Of a stretch of DNA of 64,000 nucleotides, positions 28,112 through 36,838 are shown piece after piece; positions within the stretch are counted from its first letter, which is position 1, and each line of letters opens with the position of its first letter. Origin of the DNA: Limisphaerales bacterium (GTDB lineage: Bacteria; Verrucomicrobiota; Verrucomicrobiia; Limisphaerales; Palsa-1400); contig JBKQUS010000178.1 in the NCBI GenBank assembly GCA_052325505.1, forward strand, positions 10,897 to 74,896. The letters run 5' to 3'. The notes beneath the pieces were generated by a model. That model was not told where the DNA came from. It searched no databases and saw only the letters and a list, made by a program, of their open reading frames with translations. The translations under genes were made by a program, and so were the position numbers.

Positions 28112-28537
28112 ATGAAACACTACTGTCACGAATGTGCCATTCTCCATAATCTTGTAAATCCTATTGACGCCGCCATGCAAAATCTGACTGGCAGCAACTA
28201 CTTGCTCGAAAAATTTGTTAAACATACAGCGCCATTACAATACAATGGGATGGTTTCAGTATTTTTCTCCCAGGATTATTCAAATTACAAAGACTACACA
28301 ATTTCAGGTTCACTTTCCGGCAGTCTTCAAGTTGACGACCAAAACAGAAAAAACTTAATTTGGTATGCGGGCCGTGACATTGGAATTACATACGAAAACG
28401 GCATCTATAAACTGCCGAACGATGCCGTGAAAGTTGTCCTATCCGAAGACCCTTTGCGGATACATCCGTTCTCAGTAAATTACGAGTTGCAATATGCGGA
28501 ACGCTGTCTGATCTGCGGACGCGATCTACCGTCATAG
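28112..28537 (+). CDS. Hypothetical protein with terminal CxxC pairs
   Basis: 141 aa from ATG at 28112. CHEC is at the N-terminus and CLIC at the C-terminus (split zinc-ribbon-like). The gene is AT-rich, with no recognisable family. Confidence 0.45.
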   Translation: MKHYCHECAILHNLVNPIDAAMQNLTGSNYLLEKFVKHTAPLQYNGMVSVFFSQDYSNYKDYTISGSLSGSLQVDDQNRKNLIWYAGRDIGITYENGIYKLPNDAVKVVLSEDPLRIHPFSVNYELQYAERCLICGRDLPS

Positions 28538-28888
28538 TCAATTAAGCCCGTTTTGTTCACCGACCGATTTGCTTTCCGTAATCACAATTTCTCGAATCTT
28601 CGGCTGTCCTTCGCCAATCAGCGCATGATATTTCTCCGGCAATTTCATCAAGCCGGACAATTCCAGCCTGTGGATGGCCGTTTCAATGCGCCGCAAAACA
28701 TGGCCGGTAATCAAAATTTCATGCGTGGCAAAAACCAGACGCAGTTTTTGCTCCTTGCCATCGCTGTCCAGTTCAGCAAAAACGAATTGATCCAGCGGCA
28801 GCACGAGCCAACGGGTTGCCGTCATTTCAACGCGCAAGCAACGCGCCTGTGTATCAGTGGTGTAACATTCGGGCGTTTTGGTGTTCAT
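28538..28888 (-). CDS. Small conserved ICE protein (distant paralog of 60493 and 60949 products)
   Basis: 116 aa (or 95 aa from ATG at 28825, which avoids overlap with the relaxase stop). LRLVFATHEILITGHVLRRIETAI...KIREIVITE follows the same pattern as ELRLLTPGVMVTLVGWRLNLLPELI...VCSIHIF. Confidence 0.5.
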   Translation of the reverse strand: MNTKTPECYTTDTQARCLRVEMTATRWLVLPLDQFVFAELDSDGKEQKLRLVFATHEILITGHVLRRIETAIHRLELSGLMKLPEKYHALIGEGQPKIREIVITESKSVGEQNGLN

Positions 28889-31664
28889 GTTTTTGTCCTG
28901 GTTGAAAATGACGCCGGGATTGTTTCAACCGGCAAAACGTATCGGCGGCATGTCGGCCAAACCGCAGAAGACAGCCATGCAGCCGGTCCCAAAGCGGATT
29001 GTGATTGAGCGGGCGCAGGCCGCCGGCAAATTCCAACGCCAACGGCCTGTGACCGGAACGCGCCAGATTCTCGCGTAACTGCTCCTTGTCCGGCGTAAAA
29101 ATGCGGACGCCGCGCCGACCGCGCGAAATGGTGACATACCATTGTTGCGCGTTCGTCGCGGCCTTGATGGTGGAATCAGAAAACAGAACGTAATCCACCG
29201 TCTTGCCCTGTGAACCGTAGGACGTGACGGCGTAGCCGGGAAGAAATTCACGGAAACTTTTGTCTAAAATGCGGCCGTCAGTAAGTTCAATTTTCCCATT
29301 GGTGTGAACTGATTTGACGGCGACCAATTCGCCGTTGGTGACACGAGCGCCGGAGGCCAGCTTGCGATTGGCTTTCAGATGCAATTTGTCGCCTTGCGTG
29401 ACGGAAATTTCGCGTGTTTGACAGACAGTGATTTTATCCAGCACCTTGTTTGAAATCAGAACTTCCTTTCCGTTCACTTCGACGTAAATTCCAGCCTTGG
29501 CGATCTCCGTCAGTTTTCCGCGCATCCCTGGTTCCATGTGTCGCACTTTCTGATTGAACACAATCACCGCATCTTGCGGATAGAATCGCTTATCGCGTTT
29601 CTGCGCGTTGGTTAAATCCATTTTATCCAATGCTTGAACCGTCACGTCATTTGCACCGAGCAATCCCTTTGACTTGAGCGCGTCGCGCACCCGCTGATTT
29701 ATGCGACGCACTTCCGCCCACGTCTGTGACACCACGACGGCGGAAGTGTTTTCTTCCGCAAGCCGGGCATATTCACCGGCCAATTTGTCAGCCTGTTCAC
29801 CCAATCCGCAGGAAACGACCGCGCCCATTTTGTCGAGGCGTTCAAAAGACTCGGCCAGTTTGCCAGCGGAGGCGGCTTCAACAGACTTGCGATACTGCTT
29901 GATCTGCACCCGCTCCTTTTTGTCGCGGCCAAGCGCGGGGTCTTGGCGGCGAATTGTGTGAAGCTGGACCGGCTCGACACCGGAATACCGTTCAATGGCC
30001 AAGAGCGCATCGGACGCCGCAACCGCTCCATGCTGGCGCGTGTCGCCCGACAGAATCACCCGCGCCTTGCGTTCCCGCGCCAGCCGGAGCAATTCAGACA
30101 TTTGACGACCGCCAATCTGCCCGGCCTCGTCCACGACGATAACCGCGCCTTCGACCAACTCACGCTTGAGCAAAAAACTTGTCACCGTTGTCGGCGACGG
30201 AAATTCCGCCTGTTCCATTGCCACGACTTGCTGGCGTTGCGGCGCGAGAACGACCACGCGCCTGCTGGATTGCCGGACTTGCCCGACCAGTTCGCGCAGA
30301 ACAAAACTCTTGCCTGTGCCCGCGCCGCCGCGAAAAAGCGAAACCGCATTGGCGGAACGAAGCAGCGCGTCCAGAGCCAGCCGTTGCTCGCCATCCAATT
30401 TTGGATCTGCCGTGTAGGAATGTTCCACCAGTGGCCGGCAATTCCCCGCGCCGTCCTTGACGGTCTGAACAATTTCCATTTCCCGTTGCAGCACTTCGCG
30501 CAAGGTGACTTCGTTGGGATGCTCCGGGTTGCGAATATAAGAACGCTGGCGCGTGAATTCCTTGAGTTCAGCGACGGAGAAATGTTCACCACGTCCATGT
30601 TCCAATGCCTGTTGCCACAACTGGCATTCCAGCACGACCGAATGACGGTCAAACAGATGATCCTCGGCCCATTGCACGGCCTCACCCACGCTTATTCGGT
30701 TGCTCCTGACTGTTTCCGAATGGTTCGGCAGCCGGCGCAAGGTGGCGCGTTCGCCTTCGCTCAACTGCGCGTCCCACAGCGACCGTTGTTCGTCACGGCT
30801 CAATTCCTTCTGCTTCCGCGCCCGCTCCGCCGTGGCAATCAACCGTCGCATTGCCATCAAATCACCGCCCGCGCATTCCGGCTTTTCGGCCAGCAACTTT
30901 GTAATGGCTTCATCAATCTGCGTATGCCGCTTGGAAAAACGCTCGCAGATTTCATCCGAAACGCCCTCAATTTGAAAATCACCGCGCGCCTGGTTGCAAA
31001 TCCCATAACCGAAGCTCCGCAGCTTGCGGGCAAGCTCATGGTAATAAGTGTTCTCGGCGAATTTTCGCGCCCGCAACATTTCGTAATTTTGGAGCGCCTT
31101 CCAACGATTTTCGACGGCATCAAAAGTCGCGTTGAAGACGATGCAATGGGTATGCAAATGCGGGTCTAAAGCGCGTGAGGTATCGTGCGTGAACATGGCG
31201 GCGACAAAATTGCCGGTGGAACGGTCGTTATTCGCCTTCCCGACCCGGACGCGCGTTGTGGCGAACGTCTCAAGTTCCCTCAACGCGGAACGGACGGCCT
31301 GCGCGTGGGCTTCCAAAATTCGTCCATCGGCACCGGCCAGCGCCACGACTGAAACCGATTTGGGCGGCGAAAACGTGAAGTCGTAAAAAATCCGGCGATT
31401 GGCGGAATTGTCGCTGGCCTCATCCATGCGGGTGGTGTTCAACCGTTGCGTCAATGTTTCACCTGAATCTGGATGCCGGTTCTCACAGAGGCGCAGAAAT
31501 GCTTCCGATCCGACCTTGCCGGACAAACCAAGCCGTTCCGCTCCCAAGCCGAGCCACTGACCGGCCACTTGCTGCCCCTCATTGTAGTAATCGCCCACGC
31601 AAAGATGCTCCTCAAAGTATTCCTTTGCGTTCTTCAAATTGTATTGCGTCTTGGCCGTGACCAT
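28854..31664 (-). CDS. MOBF-family conjugative relaxase fused to a RecD-like helicase (TrwC/TraA type)
   Basis: 936 aa. The N-terminus has a Tyr motif (EYFEEHLCVGDYYNEG) and a His triad (HDTSRALDPHLHTHCIVFN). The C-terminus has Walker A (GGAGTGKSFVL) and Walker B (VIVVDEAGQIG). Confidence 0.93.
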   Translation of the reverse strand: MVTAKTQYNLKNAKEYFEEHLCVGDYYNEGQQVAGQWLGLGAERLGLSGKVGSEAFLRLCENRHPDSGETLTQRLNTTRMDEASDNSANRRIFYDFTFSPPKSVSVVALAGADGRILEAHAQAVRSALRELETFATTRVRVGKANNDRSTGNFVAAMFTHDTSRALDPHLHTHCIVFNATFDAVENRWKALQNYEMLRARKFAENTYYHELARKLRSFGYGICNQARGDFQIEGVSDEICERFSKRHTQIDEAITKLLAEKPECAGGDLMAMRRLIATAERARKQKELSRDEQRSLWDAQLSEGERATLRRLPNHSETVRSNRISVGEAVQWAEDHLFDRHSVVLECQLWQQALEHGRGEHFSVAELKEFTRQRSYIRNPEHPNEVTLREVLQREMEIVQTVKDGAGNCRPLVEHSYTADPKLDGEQRLALDALLRSANAVSLFRGGAGTGKSFVLRELVGQVRQSSRRVVVLAPQRQQVVAMEQAEFPSPTTVTSFLLKRELVEGAVIVVDEAGQIGGRQMSELLRLARERKARVILSGDTRQHGAVAASDALLAIERYSGVEPVQLHTIRRQDPALGRDKKERVQIKQYRKSVEAASAGKLAESFERLDKMGAVVSCGLGEQADKLAGEYARLAEENTSAVVVSQTWAEVRRINQRVRDALKSKGLLGANDVTVQALDKMDLTNAQKRDKRFYPQDAVIVFNQKVRHMEPGMRGKLTEIAKAGIYVEVNGKEVLISNKVLDKITVCQTREISVTQGDKLHLKANRKLASGARVTNGELVAVKSVHTNGKIELTDGRILDKSFREFLPGYAVTSYGSQGKTVDYVLFSDSTIKAATNAQQWYVTISRGRRGVRIFTPDKEQLRENLARSGHRPLALEFAGGLRPLNHNPLWDRLHGCLLRFGRHAADTFCRLKQSRRHFQPGQKHEHQNARMLHH

Positions 31665-31696
31665 CGGGGACAGTCTGCCAAAACCCCGCTTTCATG

Positions 31697-31716
31697 TTGT
31701 GTAACCCGTTACACAA
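31697..31716. promoter_or_regulatory. 20-bp palindrome TTGTGTAAC-CC-GTTACACAA (operator candidate), copy 1
   Basis: Perfect 9-bp arms. It lies 32 nt upstream of the relaxase ATG (31664) in the divergent intergenic region. The exact reverse complement recurs at 59667-59686. Confidence 0.6.
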
Positions 31717-31814
31717 GAACTTCGGGAGAAGTTGCTTCACTGGCAGGCATGAAAATGAACCAGTCCATGTCTCCCGCACCGAAGCCGGGAACATGGCGCA
31801 ACACACACTGACTT

Positions 31815-32069
31815 ATGCTCACACCCACCACCGCCGAACTACGCACCGCCATCGAAGTTCTGAAGATGCTCGGCCAGCGCATCAACGACCACGCCGCTCA
31901 TTCGGTGAAGCAATTGCCGGACACGGAATTGGGCGACCAATATGCCGCGCACATCGAAGCCCAAACCATCGAACAAACCAGCCACATCGAAAAAGTCTCC
32001 ATGCAGTTAAAAAACTGGCGGGATGAACTGGTGCAGGAAAAGAAACAGCACGTTGCTCAATCAATATGA
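31815..32069 (+). CDS. Hypothetical helical protein
   Basis: 84-aa ORF with an ATG start, the first gene of the rightward unit divergent from the relaxase. No motif recognised. Confidence 0.4.
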   Translation: MLTPTTAELRTAIEVLKMLGQRINDHAAHSVKQLPDTELGDQYAAHIEAQTIEQTSHIEKVSMQLKNWRDELVQEKKQHVAQSI

Positions 32070-32124
32070 GAAAAGCACTTTTTGAGAGGGCACGCGTGAC
32101 CCCTTGCAAGGGCAAGGTTTTCGC

Positions 32125-32351
32125 GTTGCGCGAATGTTGCAACAGATGTTGCCGGAATGAACGCATCCGCGTTGCGTGCAATGTTGCGCCGGATGTTGCG
32201 TCAAATGTTGCCGCAGAAAAATGCCATCGTGTTGCATGGCGCGTTGCGCTTGGAGTTGCGGCAAATGTTGCCAATGCAAAGCGCCTCTGCGTGCTCAATG
32301 TTGCGTTCGGTGTTGCGTCACTGTTGCGTTGGCCGTTCACCAACTTGTTGC
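32125..32351 (+). repeat. Phased iteron array: 15 same-strand copies of (A/G)TGTTGC(G/C)
   Basis: GTTGC starts at 32125, 32136, 32148, 32171, 32183, 32195, 32207, 32231, 32243, 32255, 32267, 32300, 32312, 32323 and 32347. Spacings are 11-12 bp or small multiples (23, 24, 33). Two more copies lie at 32431 and 32443 inside the next CDS. Confidence 0.85.
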
Positions 32352-32370
32352 CTCCGCCATTAACCTCATT

Positions 32371-32814
32371 ATGAACAAGATTGTTATCTCACCTGATGCG
32401 TTAAATCGTTTCCGCCACGCTGCGTCACAAGTTGCGCGCGGTGTTGCGCCGCGTGTTTCACGCTGGCTGATTCTAAAGGACGACATCGCCGCGCTCCGCA
32501 AACGCGGCTTTTCCTACCGCGCCATCAGCGAACTGCTTTCGCAAAATGGAATCAGCGCCTCGCCGCCGGGACTCATGCGGTTTTGCCGGAGCGTCTTGAA
32601 AGAAAAACGCTCGCACAAATTATCCGCTAAACGCCGGGCCGATAATGCTTCTTCGTCAAAAAGTGCGCCGATTGCCCCGGCCAAAGCCACATTGCCGCCC
32701 GCGCCGGCCACAACCAGCAAACCAACAACCGTGCCAGCCGAAACTTCGGCGTTCGCGTCGCGCGGGCCGCGAATTGCCAAAGTTGAAATGCTTCCACCAG
32801 GAGAAGAAATATGA
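32371..32814 (+). CDS. Small HTH DNA-binding protein (StbA/ParB-adaptor-like by position)
   Basis: 147 aa from ATG at 32371. The HTH is RGFSYRAISELLSQNGISASPPGLMRF, followed by an Ala/Pro/Ser/Thr-rich tail. Its stop overlaps the ParA-like start (ATGA). The track ORF start at 32176 is an artefact of translating the iterons (Cys-Cys runs). Confidence 0.6.
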   Translation: MNKIVISPDALNRFRHAASQVARGVAPRVSRWLILKDDIAALRKRGFSYRAISELLSQNGISASPPGLMRFCRSVLKEKRSHKLSAKRRADNASSSKSAPIAPAKATLPPAPATTSKPTTVPAETSAFASRGPRIAKVEMLPPGEEI

Positions 32815-33512
32815 ATAAACGCCTCGATTTGATCTTTAACGGCAAGGGTGGTGTCGGCAAAAGTTTCTTTGCCGTCAATTTCGTCCAATACCTCAAAGAC
32901 AAAAACATCAAATTTGTCGCCTGCGACTGCGACAACGAAAATTCCACGTTGAAACGCTTTCACGGCGACGACGTGCAGTTTTTGGATTTGTCCCACCCGC
33001 GCGGACTGGACGCCATGATTCGTGCGCTGGAAAAAACCGATCTTGTCGTCGTGGACTGCCGTGCCGCGTCCACCGAGGTATTTTTCAATTATTTCGACGA
33101 GATTGCCTTACAGCCAACGCTCAAAGACCTGTCCGCCGCGCTCACGCTCGTCATGCCCGTCAATCAGGAGTCTGACAGCATTGACCAGCTTAACCGCATC
33201 ACTGACAAACTCAAAAATGTCTGCGCCTACGTTGTGCTGCGAAACACGGTTCACAGCAATGATTTTGCCGTTTTTGACCATTCCGTCATCCGCAAGCGGC
33301 TGTTAAGGGAACTTTGCGCGAAGGAAATCACCATGAGCAAATTGCAGCCCTGGCTGGTGGAGGAATTGAGCCACAACAATCTCACCATCACGCCCGCCGT
33401 GGCTGACGGTCATCTGCATTTGCTGGACCGCCAGCGGCTGCAAACGTGGCAGCGCAAATTTTACGCGGAAATCGAATCGGCAGCGGAATTTCTATTACCC
33501 GCAAAACCATGA
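32811..33512 (+). CDS. ParA/MinD-family ATPase (StbB-like position)
   Basis: 233 aa with a deviant Walker A NGKGGVGKSF. It is small with no N-terminal DNA-binding domain. Confidence 0.85.
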   Translation: MNKRLDLIFNGKGGVGKSFFAVNFVQYLKDKNIKFVACDCDNENSTLKRFHGDDVQFLDLSHPRGLDAMIRALEKTDLVVVDCRAASTEVFFNYFDEIALQPTLKDLSAALTLVMPVNQESDSIDQLNRITDKLKNVCAYVVLRNTVHSNDFAVFDHSVIRKRLLRELCAKEITMSKLQPWLVEELSHNNLTITPAVADGHLHLLDRQRLQTWQRKFYAEIESAAEFLLPAKP

Positions 33513-33844
33513 GCGCGCCCGACCAACCAACGCCGCCCGACTTTGACGAGGATTTTTTACAGGCCATCGCCAAATGGAAGGAGCAGTTCAAAATCAAGGA
33601 TGATGACCCGATTTTATTATTGCTGGATTTGTTTCGGATTCATCAAAACCATTGGGATGAAATTCGTCACCGGCAAATGCCCTCGCTCGATGAATTTGAA
33701 AAAGACATCGCGGCTTTGACCGAAGCCACAAAGATTTTGAAGGAACGGGCATTGAAAGAAATTCGGGCGGTGGAGTTGCCGACCGCCATTTGTGCCGTCT
33801 TCGCCGCCGCCATCGCCGGTTTTCTCATCGGAAAATTCCTATGA
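33509..33844 (+). CDS. Small C-terminally membrane-anchored protein
   Basis: 111 aa from ATG at 33509 (overlapping the ParA stop). It has a helical N-terminus and a C-terminal TM (AICAVFAAAIAGFLIGKFL). Its stop overlaps the T4CP start. Confidence 0.5.
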   Translation: MSAPDQPTPPDFDEDFLQAIAKWKEQFKIKDDDPILLLLDLFRIHQNHWDEIRHRQMPSLDEFEKDIAALTEATKILKERALKEIRAVELPTAICAVFAAAIAGFLIGKFL

Positions 33845-35307
33845 AACTCGATTTTGTTCCATTCCATTCGGTTCATCTTCCGGCGTTATTCAAATCGTTG
33901 CGCGTTTTCGCGCTTGGGTATGCCATTTTGTTGTCAATCATCACCGCGCGGCTTTTGCTGCTACGCAAACGCCATGTCGCCCGACTTGGCGGCCTGACTT
34001 GGAAACGCAATCAATTTTGTCGTGGCTGGCTCATCACCGGCGATACCGGCTCCGGCAAAACCAGTTCCGGCATCAATCAACTGGCGCATCAGGTTTTTCA
34101 AAACGAGGACAAATGGGGCGGCCTTTGCATTGACGAAAAAGGGGTTTATTGGGAGACACTTTCGGCAATGGCGCGGCACTATACACGCGAAAATGACTTG
34201 ATTCACCTGCAAATCCGCACCGATGACAAGGGCGAACGATGGCAGCCGCCCCATCGGTTCAATCTCACCGGCGACCGGAACATCCCGTTCACGACCTATG
34301 CCAAATTTGTCGTGGACACGGCCACCAGTCTCGGCCAGGGCGGGGACAAGGGCTTTTTCAAGAGCCAGGCGCAAACGCACATCGCCCACGCGCTGGAATT
34401 GCTCGCCGAATTGCGATTGCCGGTGACTTTATCCGGCGCATTGGGATTGCTTTCCAGCAAACCAAGACTGGACGAGGAATTGGAAAATCTGGCCGCTTTG
34501 GATTTGCAAACACCACGCCGCCGCGTGTTGCACGACCATTTCACACATCGTTTTCTTGACCAGCCGGCGGAGCAGCTTGGCGGCGTTCGTGAAACCATCG
34601 GCAACTACCTGCAATACTTCCTGACGCCCGACGTGGCGGAAATTTTCTGCGTGGAAAAAAGCACATTTGATTTTTCGGCGATTGATAATGGCAAAATCAT
34701 CCTCGTGACCATGCCGCAGAAATTTCAAACCGAGCGCCGGTATGTGAACACATTTTTGAAATTGCTCTATTACAATCACGCGCTGCGCCGTTTCGACCAG
34801 GCCAAAACCCAACGTGGCAAAAATAATTTGCTCATCCTGTGGGCGGACGAGGCGCAGCGGTTTATGACCGCGAGCGAGGACGGCACCAGCGACTATAATT
34901 GCGTGGACGTGATCCGCGAGGCGGGCGCAACCATCGTTGCCGCCGCGCAGTCCACGACGTCGCTTGTGCCGCCGCTCGGCAGCGATAAAGCGAAAGTGCT
35001 CACTTTGAATTTACGCAACAGAATGATTTTCCGTTCCGCCGATGAAGCCGACGCGGTTCAGGCGGCGGATTTTCTCGGCAAAAAGCGTGTCATCAAACGG
35101 TCCTGGGGTTCAAGCGCCGGAAGGCGCAACGTGAATTATTCCGAGACCGAGGAACACAAAATCAAGCCGCACATCCTTCGCAATCTCCGCGACCATGAAT
35201 GCGTGCTCGTTCATTGCGAAAAAGGATTTCGGCGGATAACCCTGCCGCCGCTTGAAGCCAATGGACAAATTGCCCGATGGTTCTCGTTGTGGCGAAAATT
35301 ATTCTGA
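33841..35307 (+). CDS. Type IV coupling protein (VirD4/TraD-like)
   Basis: 488 aa from ATG at 33841. It has an N-terminal TM, Walker A ITGDTGSGKTSS and Walker B LLILWADEAQRF. Confidence 0.8.
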   Translation: MKLDFVPFHSVHLPALFKSLRVFALGYAILLSIITARLLLLRKRHVARLGGLTWKRNQFCRGWLITGDTGSGKTSSGINQLAHQVFQNEDKWGGLCIDEKGVYWETLSAMARHYTRENDLIHLQIRTDDKGERWQPPHRFNLTGDRNIPFTTYAKFVVDTATSLGQGGDKGFFKSQAQTHIAHALELLAELRLPVTLSGALGLLSSKPRLDEELENLAALDLQTPRRRVLHDHFTHRFLDQPAEQLGGVRETIGNYLQYFLTPDVAEIFCVEKSTFDFSAIDNGKIILVTMPQKFQTERRYVNTFLKLLYYNHALRRFDQAKTQRGKNNLLILWADEAQRFMTASEDGTSDYNCVDVIREAGATIVAAAQSTTSLVPPLGSDKAKVLTLNLRNRMIFRSADEADAVQAADFLGKKRVIKRSWGSSAGRRNVNYSETEEHKIKPHILRNLRDHECVLVHCEKGFRRITLPPLEANGQIARWFSLWRKLF

Positions 35308-35614
35308 CCCTCACAACTATCGCTTTTTCGCCGGTCTGATCTTCACCCGGCGCGTCTATCGCCAGCGCCGATGGAAAAAATCTCGAACTATTTTTTGCCT
35401 TGCAAACATTGAATGAAAATGGCGTCGAAGTTAAAAACCAGCCAAGTCACCCCGCGCAAAATCAGCGTGCTTTTGTGTCAAGTGTCGGTGGCAACAGTGG
35501 TTTTGTTCAATGTTTGCAAGGCTTCAGTCGCCAATTTTGCCGTCCAGCAAAAGTGCGCCTGATAAAATAGTGGTGTCGTTGAATGAATCAGCGACGCAAC
35601 CAAGAAAGCAAATT

Positions 35615-35842
35615 ATGGAAACAACTGAAATGACGGACACACTCAAAAGCATCAACACCACTCCGCACCTTTGCCGGAGCAAGGTGAAACAAACCGCGTT
35701 GGAAATTGCCGCCGCGATCCGGCCAGCCAATAAATTCAGCCGGGTCGGCATGAGCTTCGTTGAACGTATTGAAGCGAAAGTCCGCGCCGCCATCCGTGAA
35801 GAAGTCAGGATTCATCCCAGCAAAGGCAAGACGCTTTTGTGA
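35615..35842 (+). CDS. Hypothetical small protein
   Basis: 75 aa from ATG at 35615 (METTEMTD...). No motif recognised. Confidence 0.3.
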   Translation: METTEMTDTLKSINTTPHLCRSKVKQTALEIAAAIRPANKFSRVGMSFVERIEAKVRAAIREEVRIHPSKGKTLL

Positions 35843-36076
35843 TGCGTCCATGATACGAATGAAAACAGCATTGATGACCGGCGCGCAATTAGCCGCTGAA
35901 GCCGCCAGGGGAATTTCAAGCGCGACCCAAAACCGGCCCAATCTAAAACCGCTTTTGAAAAAGTCAATTTAGGGAACGACCGCCGCGCTTGACGGGCAGA
36001 AATAATTAGAATACACCAGCAGTATGAAAAACTGCAAAAGCGCGGTTTAACAATTTTTAGACCAGTAAGTCATTTT

Positions 36077-36403
36077 ATGCCAAACGGTTTTGATAAAAAC
36101 TGGGTTCGGATGTGTAAAGTTATTAACGACTTTCACTGGCTTCACGGTCGTTGGCCGACACGCTTTGTAATGTCGGCTGATTCGTTGCGTTATTTGCGTC
36201 AGCTATTCACGCCAGAGGATTTCGCCAAAATTACAGAGAAGATTAAGTTTGTCACAGATGAGAAGGGATACAGAGCGGAAGATGAGTCGGGCGCAACTTG
36301 CGAATATAAACACGATATTCCACGTGCGGCAGAGTGGCTCGGAGTTCATACGAAGCCACACGATTTTAAGAGGATCAGACCTTGGTGGAAATTTTGGATA
36401 TGA
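36077..36403 (+). CDS. Hypothetical protein (low-GC cargo)
   Basis: 108-aa ORF with an ATG start and a Trp-rich, AT-rich composition. No family recognised. Confidence 0.4.
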   Translation: MPNGFDKNWVRMCKVINDFHWLHGRWPTRFVMSADSLRYLRQLFTPEDFAKITEKIKFVTDEKGYRAEDESGATCEYKHDIPRAAEWLGVHTKPHDFKRIRPWWKFWI

Positions 36404-36463
36404 ATATGGTGCGCGATATTCTCCAAGAGATTTCAGCATTTGAAAAGTGGCGAGCAAAAAATT

Positions 36464-36781
36464 ATGGCGATGACACAGTTTCACAAAGGCATGAAGTTTC
36501 GGTCACTTCGCGAAGTGCAGGTTCGAGGCGTCGTTGCTTATGGAGCGCCTTACAGCACTGGTTTTGATGGCACCTTACCAGTCGGTGAAATTGTGGTTTG
36601 CAGTCAGGAGCCAGGGCCACAAGGTATGTGGTTAGTGCCAGAGCGATACAAACATTTCGAGCAACTATTTGTTCCAGAACAAGTCCGACAGAACCCCGAT
36701 TACGGTGGATATGCGGTTGAATGTTTATTCAGCCAGATTGGCCAAGATTATGAAATGGTTGGCGAGAAAGCTGCGACATAA
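36464..36781 (+). CDS. Hypothetical protein (low-GC cargo)
   Basis: 105 aa from ATG at 36464. No family recognised. Confidence 0.4.
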   Translation: MAMTQFHKGMKFRSLREVQVRGVVAYGAPYSTGFDGTLPVGEIVVCSQEPGPQGMWLVPERYKHFEQLFVPEQVRQNPDYGGYAVECLFSQIGQDYEMVGEKAAT

Positions 36782-36838
36782 CTTTGGCCGTTAAGCAGCA
36801 TGATCGCTCATCAGCAAAAAAGTTTTCCGCGCTTCTGG

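Noticed and set aside
32125-32351. I considered whether the short-period repeat array could be a CRISPR array.
   Set aside because: The period is ~12 bp with no spacers, the repeats are 7-8 bp, and there are no cas genes. It is an iteron or centromere-like array instead.
32176-32370. Cys-Cys-rich N-terminal extension of ORF 32176..32814 (MQCCAGCCVKCCRRK...), superficially like a metallothionein or RiPP precursor.
   Set aside because: The CC dipeptides are simply TGT-TGC from the 12-bp GTTGC iteron array read in frame. A good ATG at 32371 starts the HTH protein after the array.
35413-35562. 49-aa sORF (MKMASKLKTSQVTPRKISVLLCQVSVATVVLFNV...) with one hydrophobic segment, downstream of the T4CP gene.
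   Set aside because: It is plausible as an entry-exclusion-like peptide. However, no RBS or conservation evidence is available from the sequence alone, so it is not reported as a feature.
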